Source: Octopus bimaculoides (taxonomy: Eukaryota). Taken from it: 64,000 nt of DNA. The stretch is from contig NC_068990.1 in the NCBI RefSeq assembly GCF_001194135.2, positions 75,908,008 to 75,972,007 on the forward strand, written 5' to 3'. Below, in pieces: positions 13,763-26,124 of the stretch (its first letter is position 1; the number at the start of each line of letters is the position of its first letter). The notes under the pieces are model-generated. The model had not been told where the DNA came from and made no database searches. It saw only the letters and a list, made by a program, of their open reading frames with translations. Both the position numbers and the translations under genes were made by a program.

Positions 13763-14769
13763 GTAAGACCACAACAAATTTTATCAAACTTACTCTTGAA
13801 GGACATTCTGTTATACATACACGATTTCTTTTTTTTTCCGTAGATATTGAATATTTCTCACCGTTCTTTATTCGTCCATAATATTATGAATGCAATATAT
13901 ATAAATATATACTTGTATATATAAATATACCATACATGCATACATACATACATACATACATACATACATACATACATACATACGTACGTACATACTTGCA
14001 TGTATGTATACATACATACATACATACATACATACATACATACATAAATACATATATACATAGAAACATGCACACATGTGTGTGTGTTATATAGTTTATA
14101 CATAAAAAGCACGACTATGGTACATTTTATTTTTTATTATCAGGAATCTTGGATATTTCCCCATTAGTCTTTTATATGTAGTCTTGAACAACAGCGTTTC
14201 TAAATTATCTAATCTATTAATGTCTCACATTCTTATCAGCGTCATCATCAGGAGGAAATGGCAGTAAATGATGACGTGCTTTCATACGCCTTTTAGCAGG
14301 TCTCAATGGATGCACTTTATACACGTACATTATACCAAAAAATCCAAATTAATCCCTGTGAAACCGTTGAACAGGATAATTTTTTCTCAAGAAAATGTGA
14401 GGTTTGTGTGGGTGGATTATGATACTTAACTATGCTTGTTAAGGTACTGAAGAGTGTTTTTTTTTCTGAGATCTGCTGTGGTGCTGCGGTTCCTAGTTTT
14501 GAGAATAAAAAAACCGTGTGTTAGTAAATGGCTCATTTGACATGGAAGAATTTTGGATGCACTTGGTTAAATTGGAATAGACCGCTCTGCTCGCTTACTA
14601 CATTTGAATGAAATTCTCCCATGCTGAGGGCGAAAGAAGGTGCGATTCTTTAAAGGGACTTCTGGAGTGCATACTGACGTTAGAGTCATCGATGGTGATT
14701 TCTGAGAGATAACTATTGAATAAATTGCCTCTGTTGTTTGAGATATAAAAGATAAAGAGGGTAAAGACA

Positions 14770-15145
14770 CCCTTCGGTTATGAATGACCATGGGATTGCA
14801 CCAAGAAAGTTCCCTTTCGAGGCACAAGTCCGGGCAAGGTTGTTTATGGAAGACCAGAAGTCGCCCATACATACTAGCTTCCCTCTCCATGCCACCGGTG
14901 TTATTCAAAGGAAAGGTAAAGGACAATATGGCTTGGCACCAGTGAAGGGCAACTTTGTTTATGGAAGACTAGCATTCGCCCATGCATACCAGCATCCCCT
15001 CTCCACGCCACCGTTGTTAATCAAAGGAAAGGCAAAGGCTGATACACCTTGGCACCAGTGAAGCCGCAATTCATTTCTATAGATGAGTGAACGGGAGCAG
15101 CGTGAAATAAAGTGTCTTTCTCAAGAACACGACACACAGCCCGGT
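14770..15145 (-). mobile_element. SINE or LINE-tail-derived repeat with internal tandem duplication
   Basis: Has the GTGTTCTTGAGAAAGACACTTTATTTCACG core shared with the other SINE heads; a ~115-bp unit is repeated at 14841-14945 and 14956-15062. Confidence 0.6.
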
Positions 15146-16899
15146 TTATTGTGTAACATAATAGTTGTTCTTGACGTTACGAATGATTCTGTTCAGGATG
15201 TGTTGTACACACTGCACACGTACTCACGCGCACACACATACACATACACACACATGTATATACAAATATATCCTACTTAACGTGGATATACTTCAGAAAG
15301 CCACAAAATTGCAATATTCGTCTTGTGAAAGTATCACGTTTAGCCGTATAGTGCAAAAAGCACAGAAGTGCAACAGTTGCAGACGAATAACGTCTGACAG
15401 GGGTGGCAGAATTGCCAAAGCTGAATTTCTGTATCTTGCAGGTCATTAGTAGCAGGTATCTACTATTAAACGCATGGTTAGACACATTTCCCTTCCTCTG
15501 ATAGAGAAAATGTTAATTAACAAGCTAGTGGTATCGCAAATAGGAGGAAGGTTAGATGAAAATTCGTATTCAACGAATGAAGAGTATAGTTTCAGAATAG
15601 CATCCTATATATCCTATTGACGTGAATATAGTGCAAAGGTGCCACATCACTACGGTGTTCGCCCTGACAAAGTATCTTGTATAGATGTGCAGCTCTATAC
15701 TGGAATATATCGGTTTCAGGTGAAAAGCGTGCAGCAGAAACAGTGAACTTACTAAATCCGGATTTCTGCATCCTTGCGTGTCATCAGTAGCAAGTGTCTC
15801 TTATCAACCCTATGCTTAGACAAATTTAACTTACAACGCCAGTGATATGTTGATCACTTTTTTCTGTACCAGTAGAAGTAAAATTTATCCAAACATCCAG
15901 CTGATAGTGAATTCTTGCTGCCGATGATGCACAAAGATACAGAAATCCGGATTTAGCAATTTATTGGACACTTTTCGTCTTTTACTAATACATTTCTGTG
16001 CACTTTAGCATTGCATGCAAATACCAGATGCTTTCGCAAGGCGAATACCGTATATCCACCTTGCATAAGATATATAGAATGCTCTTCTCAGTAAATGCTA
16101 CTTTTGTTGCTAATAACGTATGTGCTTGTTTTTGTGTGTGCGTGTGTGTGTGTGCGTGTGTGTGTGTGTACGTGTATGAGTGTGTGTGGGTGTGCATGCA
16201 TGCATGTATGCATGTATGTATGCATGTATGTATGTACATGTATGTATACAGAGAGAGAGAGAGAGATATACAATGATACGGCAGACAATGTTATGAATAA
16301 CTAAATGTAATTACATCATAATGACGTAATACACACATTCACGCACAAAAGCAACTTACGTCATTTGTTGAACAAAAATCGAAGTTATTGGTGCAATACA
16401 TTCTTAATAAACTTTCTTTTCTAATAACTTCCGTTTCTTTTCAACGAGCGATGCAGGGTTTTTTTATGTGCCTAAAGAAAGAAATTCCATTATTATGCCG
16501 TAATTACACTAAACGGTTCATAGCATTTCCTTATTATACTATATTAAACACAGCCAAGCTACTTAAACACAGCCAAGCTAGTGTTGAGTTCTCTCGTCTT
16601 TCAAACACCCATAAACACATATAATTTAAAATATGTATATACTTTATTAAAGTTTGTTTTACGTCGAGTTATAACGAAAACAATTTGAAAACTGAAAGAT
16701 GATTCAATACGTTTTGTAGACTACAAATTTAACGTTCTTTAAAAAACAATAATAGGGTGCAAGTTTGCTCTGAATAGAGGCACTACCTTTTAGTGTCTGG
16801 CAGCTGCATCTTGCCAGGGAGTATCTGGTGGACTGGCATCACCGGTCATCATTCATCTCCTAATCTCTCGCTTATGGCTCTCATTAGCAGATCCTGGAA

Positions 16900-17320
16900 C
16901 CCGATTTCAGCTGGTGGGCCGAACCAAATGAGTGTGTGGTGCTAACACTGTACCAGAAGTGGAAGGATTCGGGGAAACACTTCCTAAAGAGTCACTAGCT
17001 AGGATGAAGGAACCTGCTCAGGTCAACAGCCTAGTGTTCGGTGCAAAAGAATGTCTCACGATTGTGAAGAAGACCTTGGAAAGGAATGAACACCGCCAAA
17101 ATAACATGCTCATGATGCGCTCATAATGATGGCAACCAGATCAAAGCTCATACGGGGTCGGTTGTCATTCGGGTTAACATCAAAGTGGGAAGGACTTCAG
17201 TTTTGCCGACCCGCAATGGGCAGCAGAAGACCAAGAGAAGTGTCGAAATCTGGATGTAACATCGTCAACGTCTGTCTCAAACGACTACATAATCAAAGGA
17301 TAGGAAGGAAATAACGAACG
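16900..17320 (+). mobile_element. Probable LINE (RTE-like) 3' remnant
   Basis: Frameshifted NIK..W.GL.FAD..WAAEDQEKCRNL (~17175-17250) resembles the RTE C-terminal block. Confidence 0.4.
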
Positions 17321-17477
17321 GACGAACGAAGGTACAAGAATAATGTTGATATAGACTTCGATGTTTCGGTCTGCTTAGCTTATCAACACTATATCTTATA
17401 GATCCAGGTTCCCAAATTTGTAACCGTGTATTTGTGCTACACAGCAGTTTTGTCCGCAGTACAGATATAACTGATAC

Positions 17478-17770
17478 TCCGCCGGTTACGACGATGAGAG
17501 TTACAGTTCATCCGATGAACAGAACCGCCTGCTCGTGAAATTAACGTGTACATGTCTGAACACACCAGTCACACCTACCCTTAGCAAAGTTCTCAGGGAG
17601 ATTCGGCGTGAAACAGTATGTGACAGCGCTCACCTTTTCAAATAAAGGTACAAATTACTTTTGGAATGGAGCAAAGTAAAATAAAATGTCTTGCTCAAGG
17701 ATACAACGCAGCGCCAGGAATCGAACCCACGATCGTGAGCCGATTACCCAAACCACTAAGCCACGCACCG
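17478..17770 (-). mobile_element. SINE family C-related copy
   Basis: Reverse complement of head GCGTGGCTTAGTGGTTTGGG...GGTTCGATTCC and the shared tail CACGTTAATTTCACGAGCAGGC...CGTCGTAACCG. Confidence 0.78.
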
Positions 17771-17980
17771 TTACTATTGATAGATATGTCTAAGATTATG
17801 TATAGCAACATGTTTGGTTCTGTACTTCAACAGAGTTGAACACAAACCAAATACGTTATGGACTCAAATGCCATGAGAATCAACTTTGTCCTCCGTGACG
17901 GATGAAGTGATTAATAATCAAATACTTTCGTTGTTTTGATAATCTATTATTATGCCACCACGACCACCCCAGAAAACAAA

Positions 17981-18197
17981 GCGGTGAACTGGTATACTGT
18001 TAGCACGCCGGGCGGAATGCTTAGCAGTATTTCGTCTGCCGCTTCGTTCTGAATTCAAATTCCTTCGAGGTTGACTTTACCGTTCACCCTTTCGGGGTCG
18101 ATAAAATAAATACAAGTTCAACACTGGCAGCGATGTAATCGTCTAGTCTCCTCCCCCAAAATTTCAGACCTTGCACCTTTACTAGAAAGGATTATTA
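17981..18197 (+). mobile_element. SINE family B
   Basis: GTTAGCACGCCGGGCGGAATGCTTAGC-GTATTTCGTCTGCC...TTCAAATTCC..GAGGTTGACTTT...CCTTTCGGGGTCGATAAA. Confidence 0.8.
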
Positions 18198-18834
18198 TGT
18201 CGAAAAATAGCTAAACTTGTATCTGTTTTGAAAATTAATAATGGCATGGCATTAAATGGAGATGCACTGCCATATGAGTATTTAGTAAGAAATGCATCGT
18301 TTTTTTTTTTGTTTTTGTTTTTGTTTTCTTTTCTTTTTTGTACCGGACTTTATTTTCATTCGTAAAATATGGATTATCACTTCCAAAAATATAATCCTAT
18401 GATTTCTTAATTTTCAAAATGTGTTCTTATATTTATTGATTTATATTTCGCCATTGGGTACTTATACAGATATAAGCATGTGTGTATGTATGTATGTATG
18501 TATTTAGGAAGGTCAGTTTCTAGGTAAGTAGGTAGGTAGGTAGGTAAGTAAGTATGAACGTATCTATCTATTTATCTACCTATACACACACATATATGCT
18601 TATATACATACATATACTTGTACACATACGCACGCACATTCATATGAGTGTGATTGTGTGTTTGTTTGTAGATAGGTATGTGTTTATATGCATTTATACA
18701 TGTATATACTATGCATGTGTACCTAGATATATTGATGGAGAGAGATTCTTCCAATATAAAATTATTTTATCACAAAAATTCAGTTTACATATGTGGAGAT
18801 TTATAGGTGTATACGTATATATTATGTATGGGGT

Positions 18835-18910
<76 letters not shown>

Positions 18911-19655
18911 GTGTCTGTGCATTTATACGTATATACATGTGTTTGTGTATATATTTGCACACATACATACATACATACATACATACATACATACATCTAT
19001 ATAAGCATATGTACTTATAACGAAGTAGACTAAAATCTATCAAGTACTGCCCCTGTGGACGTTTTGTTTCTTTTATGATAAAATTTAATCAAATAGTCCA
19101 GTATTATTTAGAAACCAATATCGTTTAATGATCGTAGAGATATAAAATTGTTTCTTAATATATATTTTTCGCTGCCAATCTAGCTATTGGAAGGTGTGAC
19201 AGGATTATATTTCGCTCCTTGAGACGTGCATAATTTAAAATACACGCCTGCGGCGCAATAATTTGCGAAGTCACAATGCAGTGTTCAGACTGAATCTACA
19301 GTGATGGGATAAATGAGGTCACTGTTGTATGGGACGTTGATGAAGCGATATTGGCAGGGTTTTTTTTTTTTTTAATCAATTAACTTCATCTACTATTTCC
19401 TCTATTTCGTTCACAGGGATATATATGTTACCAAATCCATGTGTGTTGATGTGTACTGTAATTGAAAACCAACAACGATTTGTAGCTGAGATATATAAGA
19501 CGAAATGACAGTTATAAATGTCTCTAGCAGATTTATCAGAGTAATTGTGCCGCGTGTTCGGACTAAATTTGACAGTTTGCATAAAAGGAAAATAAACACA
19601 ATATCCCACCCAAAAATAAAAGTATTAAAAAAAAATCATTAAACACTATCTCGAT

Positions 19656-19993
19656 CAGGGGTTCTCAGCCATTTTCATCTATGAACCCCTTTGATTCCAA
19701 TTTTATTCTGGTGGACGCCCCATAGCCATTTATTGTTTAAAAACTAGTTTTATAGAAACTTCTTTCAAAATTTGTATTTTGTTTCACACACATTAGCTTA
19801 TGTAGGTAGAACCATGTGAAACATCACAGAAAGAAAACAAGATGTTTCTTGCAATAAACACATCTCAAGCAAACTCTTTTCGGGGACCCTTGAAATACTA
19901 TTGTGAGTCCCCAATTTACTATATTGTTGCGTGTACCCCAAAAATCTTATATGGACCCTGATGGGTCATATGGATCGCGGTTGAGAACCACAG
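19656..19993. mobile_element. hAT (Charlie-like) MITE, 338 bp
   Basis: TIRs CAGGGGTTCTCAGCC and GGTTGAGAACCACAG. The 8-bp flanks ATCTCGAT (19648-19655) and ATCTAGAT (19994-20001) match 7/8 and fit the NTCTAGAN Charlie target. Confidence 0.85.
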
Positions 19994-20029
19994 ATCTAGA
20001 TTATAGTTGGGAGATAACAGTTTACTCAT

Positions 20030-20490
20030 GATAACCACCCTCAGCTTCCACTACGGCCTCGAGACGGCTCTGGAACATGATACAAGCGTTGCTTCGAACA
20101 CACCTTGGATCTTGGCCATCAGCTCGGCCTTGGTGTTTCATACAGAGCACTTGATATCGCTCTCACCCGCGCCCCACGCATAGTAATCGCTGGGATTACA
20201 ACTGGGAGAATTAGAAGGCCACACGGATCAATGTGGTCGTAGAATTTCTCCGACAATCAGTTGAGGTGTTTTCTGGAGGTATGGCAAGGAGCCAAATTCT
20301 CCTGCAACACGTGGTCTTTCAGTAGCAAACCTCTCCAACCAGCATTTCAGCACAAACCCAGCAGCTTCATGTAGCTAAGCCTAAATCCCTGTTCAAAGAC
20401 GTGGCTGGTATGGTGTCACTCCCACTGAAGACACACCCAAAAACCAGTTTGGTGGAACTTGGTTGCATGATATCTATGCCATGTGGTACG
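20030..20490 (-). mobile_element. Tc1/mariner fragment, maT/Bmmar1-like (DD37D-consistent) transposase C-terminus
   Basis: Frameshift-corrected FGCV....HVFEQG.RL, WLERFATERP, QENLAPCHTSRK, FYDHI, VWPSNSPSCNPSDYYAWGA and NTKAELMAKI. The spacing between the second and third catalytic positions fits about 37 residues, but this depends on an inferred frameshift. Confidence 0.7.
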
Positions 20491-21410
20491 GCCTTTACAG
20501 CATTCACAGAACATCAAGAGGAATAAAAGGTGAATCGGAATAGAGTGCTGAGTCGGATTGCTTCCTTGGCACGGCCAGAATGATAAGAAAAGTATCAAAG
20601 AGTTGAAAAGAACAGATGCAAGACACCAGAAGTTCCAGTAAAACCTGAGTTAAAAATAAAGCAATAATACATAAGCTCTACACTTCACCATGTGTCAACT
20701 ACTCAATGGAATGTAGTCTCTTCCATTTTTATCTGAGAGTACCCTGAAAATGTTCCCGATGTTTGGGTAATTCAAAGGGAGAAAGTCTGGATTTGATTGT
20801 AATATCTTGACAAAAAAGATAATGGTAAAGTTTAATGTATAATATTCTACCACCGAGTGTATTTTAAAATCTTAGTGACCTTCTCCGCCAAGGCAGCTGG
20901 GGTTGCAAAAAGCCACCTATAAGATCCATCTTGTATCCGCTGGGCTTTAGTCTTCTTTCTTGTTTTATCTGTATGTCTTCATATGTGCTTTTCCTTCAAT
21001 TATACGATACATAATATCTTATTTTCATCATAACCAAAGCATAGCTGGCCTTTTTTTATCAAGTTGTTTCCCTTGGATGCTCATAAACTGGATAAAAGAT
21101 TTTTGTGTTAGAGTCACCTCGTGTTAAGCAAACTATGAGTAAGAACACTGAAATTCCATAGATTACAATTGACAAATTATATAGTATATGTTTTTCTTGA
21201 TAAGATATGAATGCTAGCGCAGGTATAACGAACTTATTATCTTGTTTTAAAACATACATTCATAATCAAATGCATGAATAGGTCCAGGATACATAAAAGT
21301 TAGAGGTTCCAAAAATAAAAGTATTTAAAACAAAATGTTGGAAGGGAAGAAAATTTAAAGTGTGAAATTTAGGAATTTTCTTAGCTTAACTCCAGAGAGA
21401 TCGAAGATGA

Positions 21411-22046
21411 TTAGTGTTTTGCAGTCGTACCTCTTCCATTTAAGTACTTTCGGCAAACTGGACAATTTCCATGCCTTAATAACCACTGATCTATACAATT
21501 TATGTGGTATTGATGATTGCATCCCAATTCTTTCACTTGTTCACTTAACTCAAATTCATTTAGACATGGTGGGCATTGGAGGTTTTTGTCAACTTGTTCT
21601 TTTTTTATCTCAGTCAGAGCAAGAGCATGTATTTTGTCTTTTTCAGCTGGAGGGATACCTGTTCCATCAATTTGATTCATCAACTTGCTTATAACAGAAT
21701 CTAATCCACCGGTACCCCATGCATAGTCCCTAGGGTTAGTATGAAGAGGAAACACGTTTAACATTCCAGCATTTGGCATTTCTGTTTGCAGAGGACTAAT
21801 AAATTGCAATAATAGCCTTTCTATATCATAAAACTGAAGTCTGTCTCCTTGATTATGCCGACGCCTACCATTACTTCGTCGTTCACTACCATCATCATCT
21901 CTGTCTTGCTGTTGAATTTCTCTTGGACGAAGAGCATGATTTCTAACATTTTCCCAAAAATCTAAAACACAGCTTACAGAATCTTGATCTTGTTGTGAAG
22001 GCGTAGTTCTTGGTGTGTTGGAAAAATCTGCTGCTAGAAGAAGACG
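21411..22046 (-). CDS. RNF126: RNF115/RNF126-like RING-H2 E3 ubiquitin ligase (C-terminal two-thirds; last exon or retrocopy)
   Basis: The ORF-track protein contains LHTNPRDYAWGTGGLDSVISKLMNQIDGTGIPPAEKDKI, matching the RNF115/126 LHSNPxDYAWG-GLD-I-TQLL-Q-E-TGPPPADKEKI block. It is followed by an intact RING-H2, C-x2-C-x14-C-x-H-x2-H-x2-C-x10-C-x2-C (21575-21453), and TAA at 21413-21411. By hand the frame stays open upstream to a TAG at 22049-22047 (RLLLAADFSNTPRTT...RRRHNQGDRLQFYDIERLLLQFISP). The first in-frame ATG is at 21779. RNF115 versus RNF126 orthology is not resolvable by eye. Confidence 0.88.
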   Translation of the reverse strand, partial: RLLLAADFSNTPRTTPSQQDQDSVSCVLDFWENVRNHALRPREIQQQDRDDDGSERRSNGRRRHNQGDRLQFYDIERLLLQFISPLQTEMPNAGMLNVFPLHTNPRDYAWGTGGLDSVISKLMNQIDGTGIPPAEKDKIHALALTEIKKEQVDKNLQCPPCLNEFELSEQVKELGCNHQYHINCIDQWLLRHGNCPVCRKYLNGRGTTAKH

Positions 22047-22271
22047 CTAATGTCTAAAAACTACCTAACATATCACCATAAAAATACTATATATATATAT
22101 ATACATTCAATTTATGCCGTATAAGGATACAAGCTAATCGAGATGCGGGCTTCTGCAGGTTTTTTATAATACACCTTGTGTCTCCAAACAATCTTCAAGA
22201 TGAAAAAGTCTTTGGAGACACAAGTTATGTTAAAAAACACCTACCTAGACCCGAGTTTCCCGAGCAAGAAA

Positions 22272-22318
<47 letters not shown>

Positions 22319-23052
22319 TGTGTGTGCATGTGTGTTTGTGTTTGTGCGTGTGCATGGTGTATATATATTATGAACATGACAGGTGTTCTTCCATTGGACC
22401 AAAGCAAACCTTTTTTAATCTTTCCAACGAGATTGTGCACGTTGCTTACGCTGTAGGTATTGAATAACTTCAGAACGTGAACTGATTCTTTGTTTGGGAC
22501 GCTGAATCTCGAAGTAGACAAAGCTATGGATAAGAGCGTGTGAATACTGAGTTGAAAAATCGTTTGGATAGAAAAAGTGAAAGACTACTTATGGAGTTCG
22601 AAACTCCCGTCTAGCGCAAGCATGCCAGATGTTCTAACACTGGACCAAAGCAGAAGTTGTGGGTTCAATTCCCGTGAGAAACCATCGATTTTCCCGTCTA
22701 ACGGGGATTTTCACACAATATTTATGTCTCATCATTTATAATTTTATCTGCTTCAATATTCACCGTTCTAAAATAGATTTCTTTCAAATTCTTGAATTTT
22801 CTAATTTCTTATGACGTCAACAATATATATATATATATATCTAAGTAATGTATGTGTGCGTGCGTGCGTGTGCGCTCGTGTGTGTATGCATGTATGTATA
22901 TTCGTGTGGCATACTTGTATGTCTCCCTTCATGAACATTTTGCTTTTATCCAATTTCACTCTGATTTACTTTTATGAATCTTCATTTTACACCGACATTT
23001 CCTCATCGTTATTTTGTTTTCATTCTCCATTTATTATTATTATTATTATTAT

Positions 23053-23125
<73 letters not shown>

Positions 23126-24024
23126 TTCGTTGTTGGTGGTGTTTTTTTTATTTCTTTTTTATTCATATCGTAATTATTATTATTACTGATTTTTACCATA
23201 CTTCCTATTAAATATATATTGGTTTCTTCGCGAAACTGTAAATAGTGAGTTTCCATCATAAACTAGACATTCTACATTAAGATTGTTTAGCAAGTACATC
23301 TTCCTGCTTTTTATATTCCAATCTGAATTGTCAATGGATTCTAAATTATGGGTTTGCGACAGTTTCCCTGACATATAGACATTTCTTGAGCAGATGGGAA
23401 ATATATACATACATGCTTACAATCATATATACACATATATACATAAAAGAACATACATAGACACATATATATATTTATAATAAAAACATATATAGGCACG
23501 CATATATACATATATACATATACACATATATACATATCAACATACATATATACATACATAAGTACATGTATGCATTCACACATTCATATATGCGTACATT
23601 AATCGACGTGTGAGGGGATTATTCACTGCATTTTTATGACTACCATTTTCAATATTAACTTTTCAACCCTGTTAAATAACTGGTTGTACTTTTGATCGCA
23701 TTCGTTGAGGAAAACATTTCATTTAAAATTGTTTTGATATTTTACCGTCAAAGTAGAATTCACTGAGCCCAATATCTCAATCACAAACATCGATAACATT
23801 GCCGAAGAACCAATAAAAAGAACAACATCGAAAAGGGTTACGTTGGCGTTACGGGTACCTTGTTTAATTAATTAAACCAATGAACCGGGCCTTTTCAATA
23901 TCTCAAGCATTATCATTTATCTCTGGTCTTTTATCACTTATCTTTCACTTGTTTCAATCATCAGACTGCAATAATAAGATTTGAATTGCTTAGCCAATGA
24001 AATCGCCCCCCACCCATCTCCAGT

Positions 24025-24176
24025 ACTTAATTGGTTTCAAATTTTAGCACAAGGCCAGCAATTTTAGGGAGGGATAAATCGCCTTCATTGACTCCAGTGT
24101 TCAACCGCTCCCTATTTAATCGACCTCGGAAAAGATGGAAGGTAAAGTCGACCTCGGCGGAATTTGAACTCAGAAG
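24025..24176 (-). mobile_element. SINE family B, head-truncated
   Basis: Reverse complement of CTGAGTTCAAATTCCGCCGAGGTCGACTTTACCTTCCATC; abuts the (GAA/GGA)n tract. Confidence 0.75.
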
Positions 24177-24520
24177 GAGGAGGAGGAGGAGGAGGAGGAG
24201 GAGAAAAAGAAGAAGAAGAAGAAGCAGAAGAAGAAGAAGAAGAAGAAGAAGAAGAAGAAGAAGAAGAAGAAGAAGAAGAAGAAGAAGAAGAAGGAGGAGG
24301 AGGAGGAGGAGGAGAAGGAGAAGAGGAAGAAGAAGAAGAAGGAGAAGGAGGAGAAGAAGAAGAAGGAGAAGAAGAAGAAGAAGAAGAAGGAGGAGGAGGA
24401 GGAGGAGGAGAAGGAGAAGAGGAAGAAGGAGAAGGAGAAGAAGAAGAAGAAGAAGAAGAAGAAGAAGAAGAAGAAGAAAAAGAAGAAGAAGAAAAAGAAG
24501 AAGAAAAGGAAGAAGAATAT
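24176..24520. repeat. (GAA/GGA)n polypurine tract
   Basis: About 345 bp, almost entirely A/G on the plus strand, running into a gap. Confidence 0.95.
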
Positions 24521-25416
24521 GATNNNNNNNNNNNNNNNNNNNNNNNNNNNNNNNNNNNNNNNNNNNNNNNNNNNNNNNNNNNNNNNNNNNNNNNNNNNNN
24601 NNNNNNNNNNNNNNNNNNNNNNNNNNNNNNNNNNNNNNNNNNNNNNNNNNNNNNNNNNNNNNNNNNNNNNNNNNNNNNNNNNNNNNNNNNNNNNNNNNNN
24701 NNNNNNNNNNNNNNNNNNNNNNNNNNNNNNNNNNNNNNNNNNNNNNNNNNNNNNNNNNNNNNNNNNNNNNNNNNNNNNNNNNNNNNNNNNNNNNNNNNNN
24801 NNNNNNNNNNNNNNNNNNNNNNNNNNNNNNNNNNNNNNNNNNNNNNNNNNNNNNNNNNNNNNNNNNNNNNNNNNNNNNNNNNNNNNNNNNNNNNNNNNNN
24901 NNNNNNNNNNNNNNNNNNNNNNNNNNNNNNNNNNNNNNNNNNNNNNNNNNNNNNNNNNNNNNNNNNNNNNNNNNNNNNNNNNNNNNNNNNNNNNNNNNNN
25001 NNNNNNNNNNNNNNNNNNNNNNNNNNNNNNNNNNNNNNNNNNNNNNNNNNNNNNNNNNNNNNNNNNNNNNNNNNNNNNNNNNNNNNNNNNNNNNNNNNNN
25101 NNNNNNNNNNNNNNNNNNNNNNNNNNNNNATATATATATATATAAACAAATAGTAAATGAGTATATGCATATATACGTACAGGTATGTGCATACCGACAT
25201 CCACCTGTATGTATAGGTGCATACACACAGACAGGGGGTAAAAATTAATAATTAATTGATACTTAGTAATTTTACCAAGTAGTTCGGTGTGTTAAAAAGC
25301 ATTATCGGTAAATATATAAACACAATTTAAAATTTAGGGTTCAGCAAGTATTGCTTCACCACACACCGAAAATTAGAAATAGCATCCAAACCTACTATCT
25401 CTCTACTAAAATAACG

Positions 25417-25504
<88 letters not shown>

Positions 25505-26042
25505 ATGTATATGCATATATATATATATGTATATATGTATGTATATACTTTAAGTGTAATATGCAAATGGCTATTTTAATCTAGTACTGCTTCTATTGCA
25601 TACGGCATGAATAAACACGCGCGTGCGCGCGGGATTTATATTGCCATAAGACGTAAACAACGATGTGAAAGCCGAACAACTAGTGCTTTCACATAAAAAT
25701 ATTTTGACTTTCACTTGTTCCACCATGTTGGCTAGGCAATCGCTTGTCACTCTGATCGTCAGAAATGCAATGAACCGGTGATAGATTCGTTGTAAACTTG
25801 TAGCCCCGTCAACGCTATTGTTTACCAAATGCTCTATAAAATTAATAAGTCGATGTAAAGCAGAAACGGGGAAAAAATCCAAGAAGACTCATCAGGTAAC
25901 GAACGTATTCGTACTTGATTAACTCTTCTACACTTGATAGTTCATGCTTAGACTGATAAAATATTAATTCCACTGAGAAGCTGTAGATCTCAATATACAT
26001 TTACTCTGATACTTTTATAGATTTTTCTTAGTATTATTATCA

Positions 26043-26124
<82 letters not shown>

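Noticed and set aside
20690-21000. Short open stretches downstream of the RING gene (e.g. SYRWLFATP, DITIKSRLSP)
   Set aside because: Splice signals are weak and there is no recognisable family match; consistent with 3' UTR or intergenic sequence.
22590-22680. tRNA-like B-box motifs (GGAGTTCGAAACTCC, GGGTTCAATTCCC)
   Set aside because: I could not build a cloverleaf, A-box or acceptor stem; probably a SINE head remnant.
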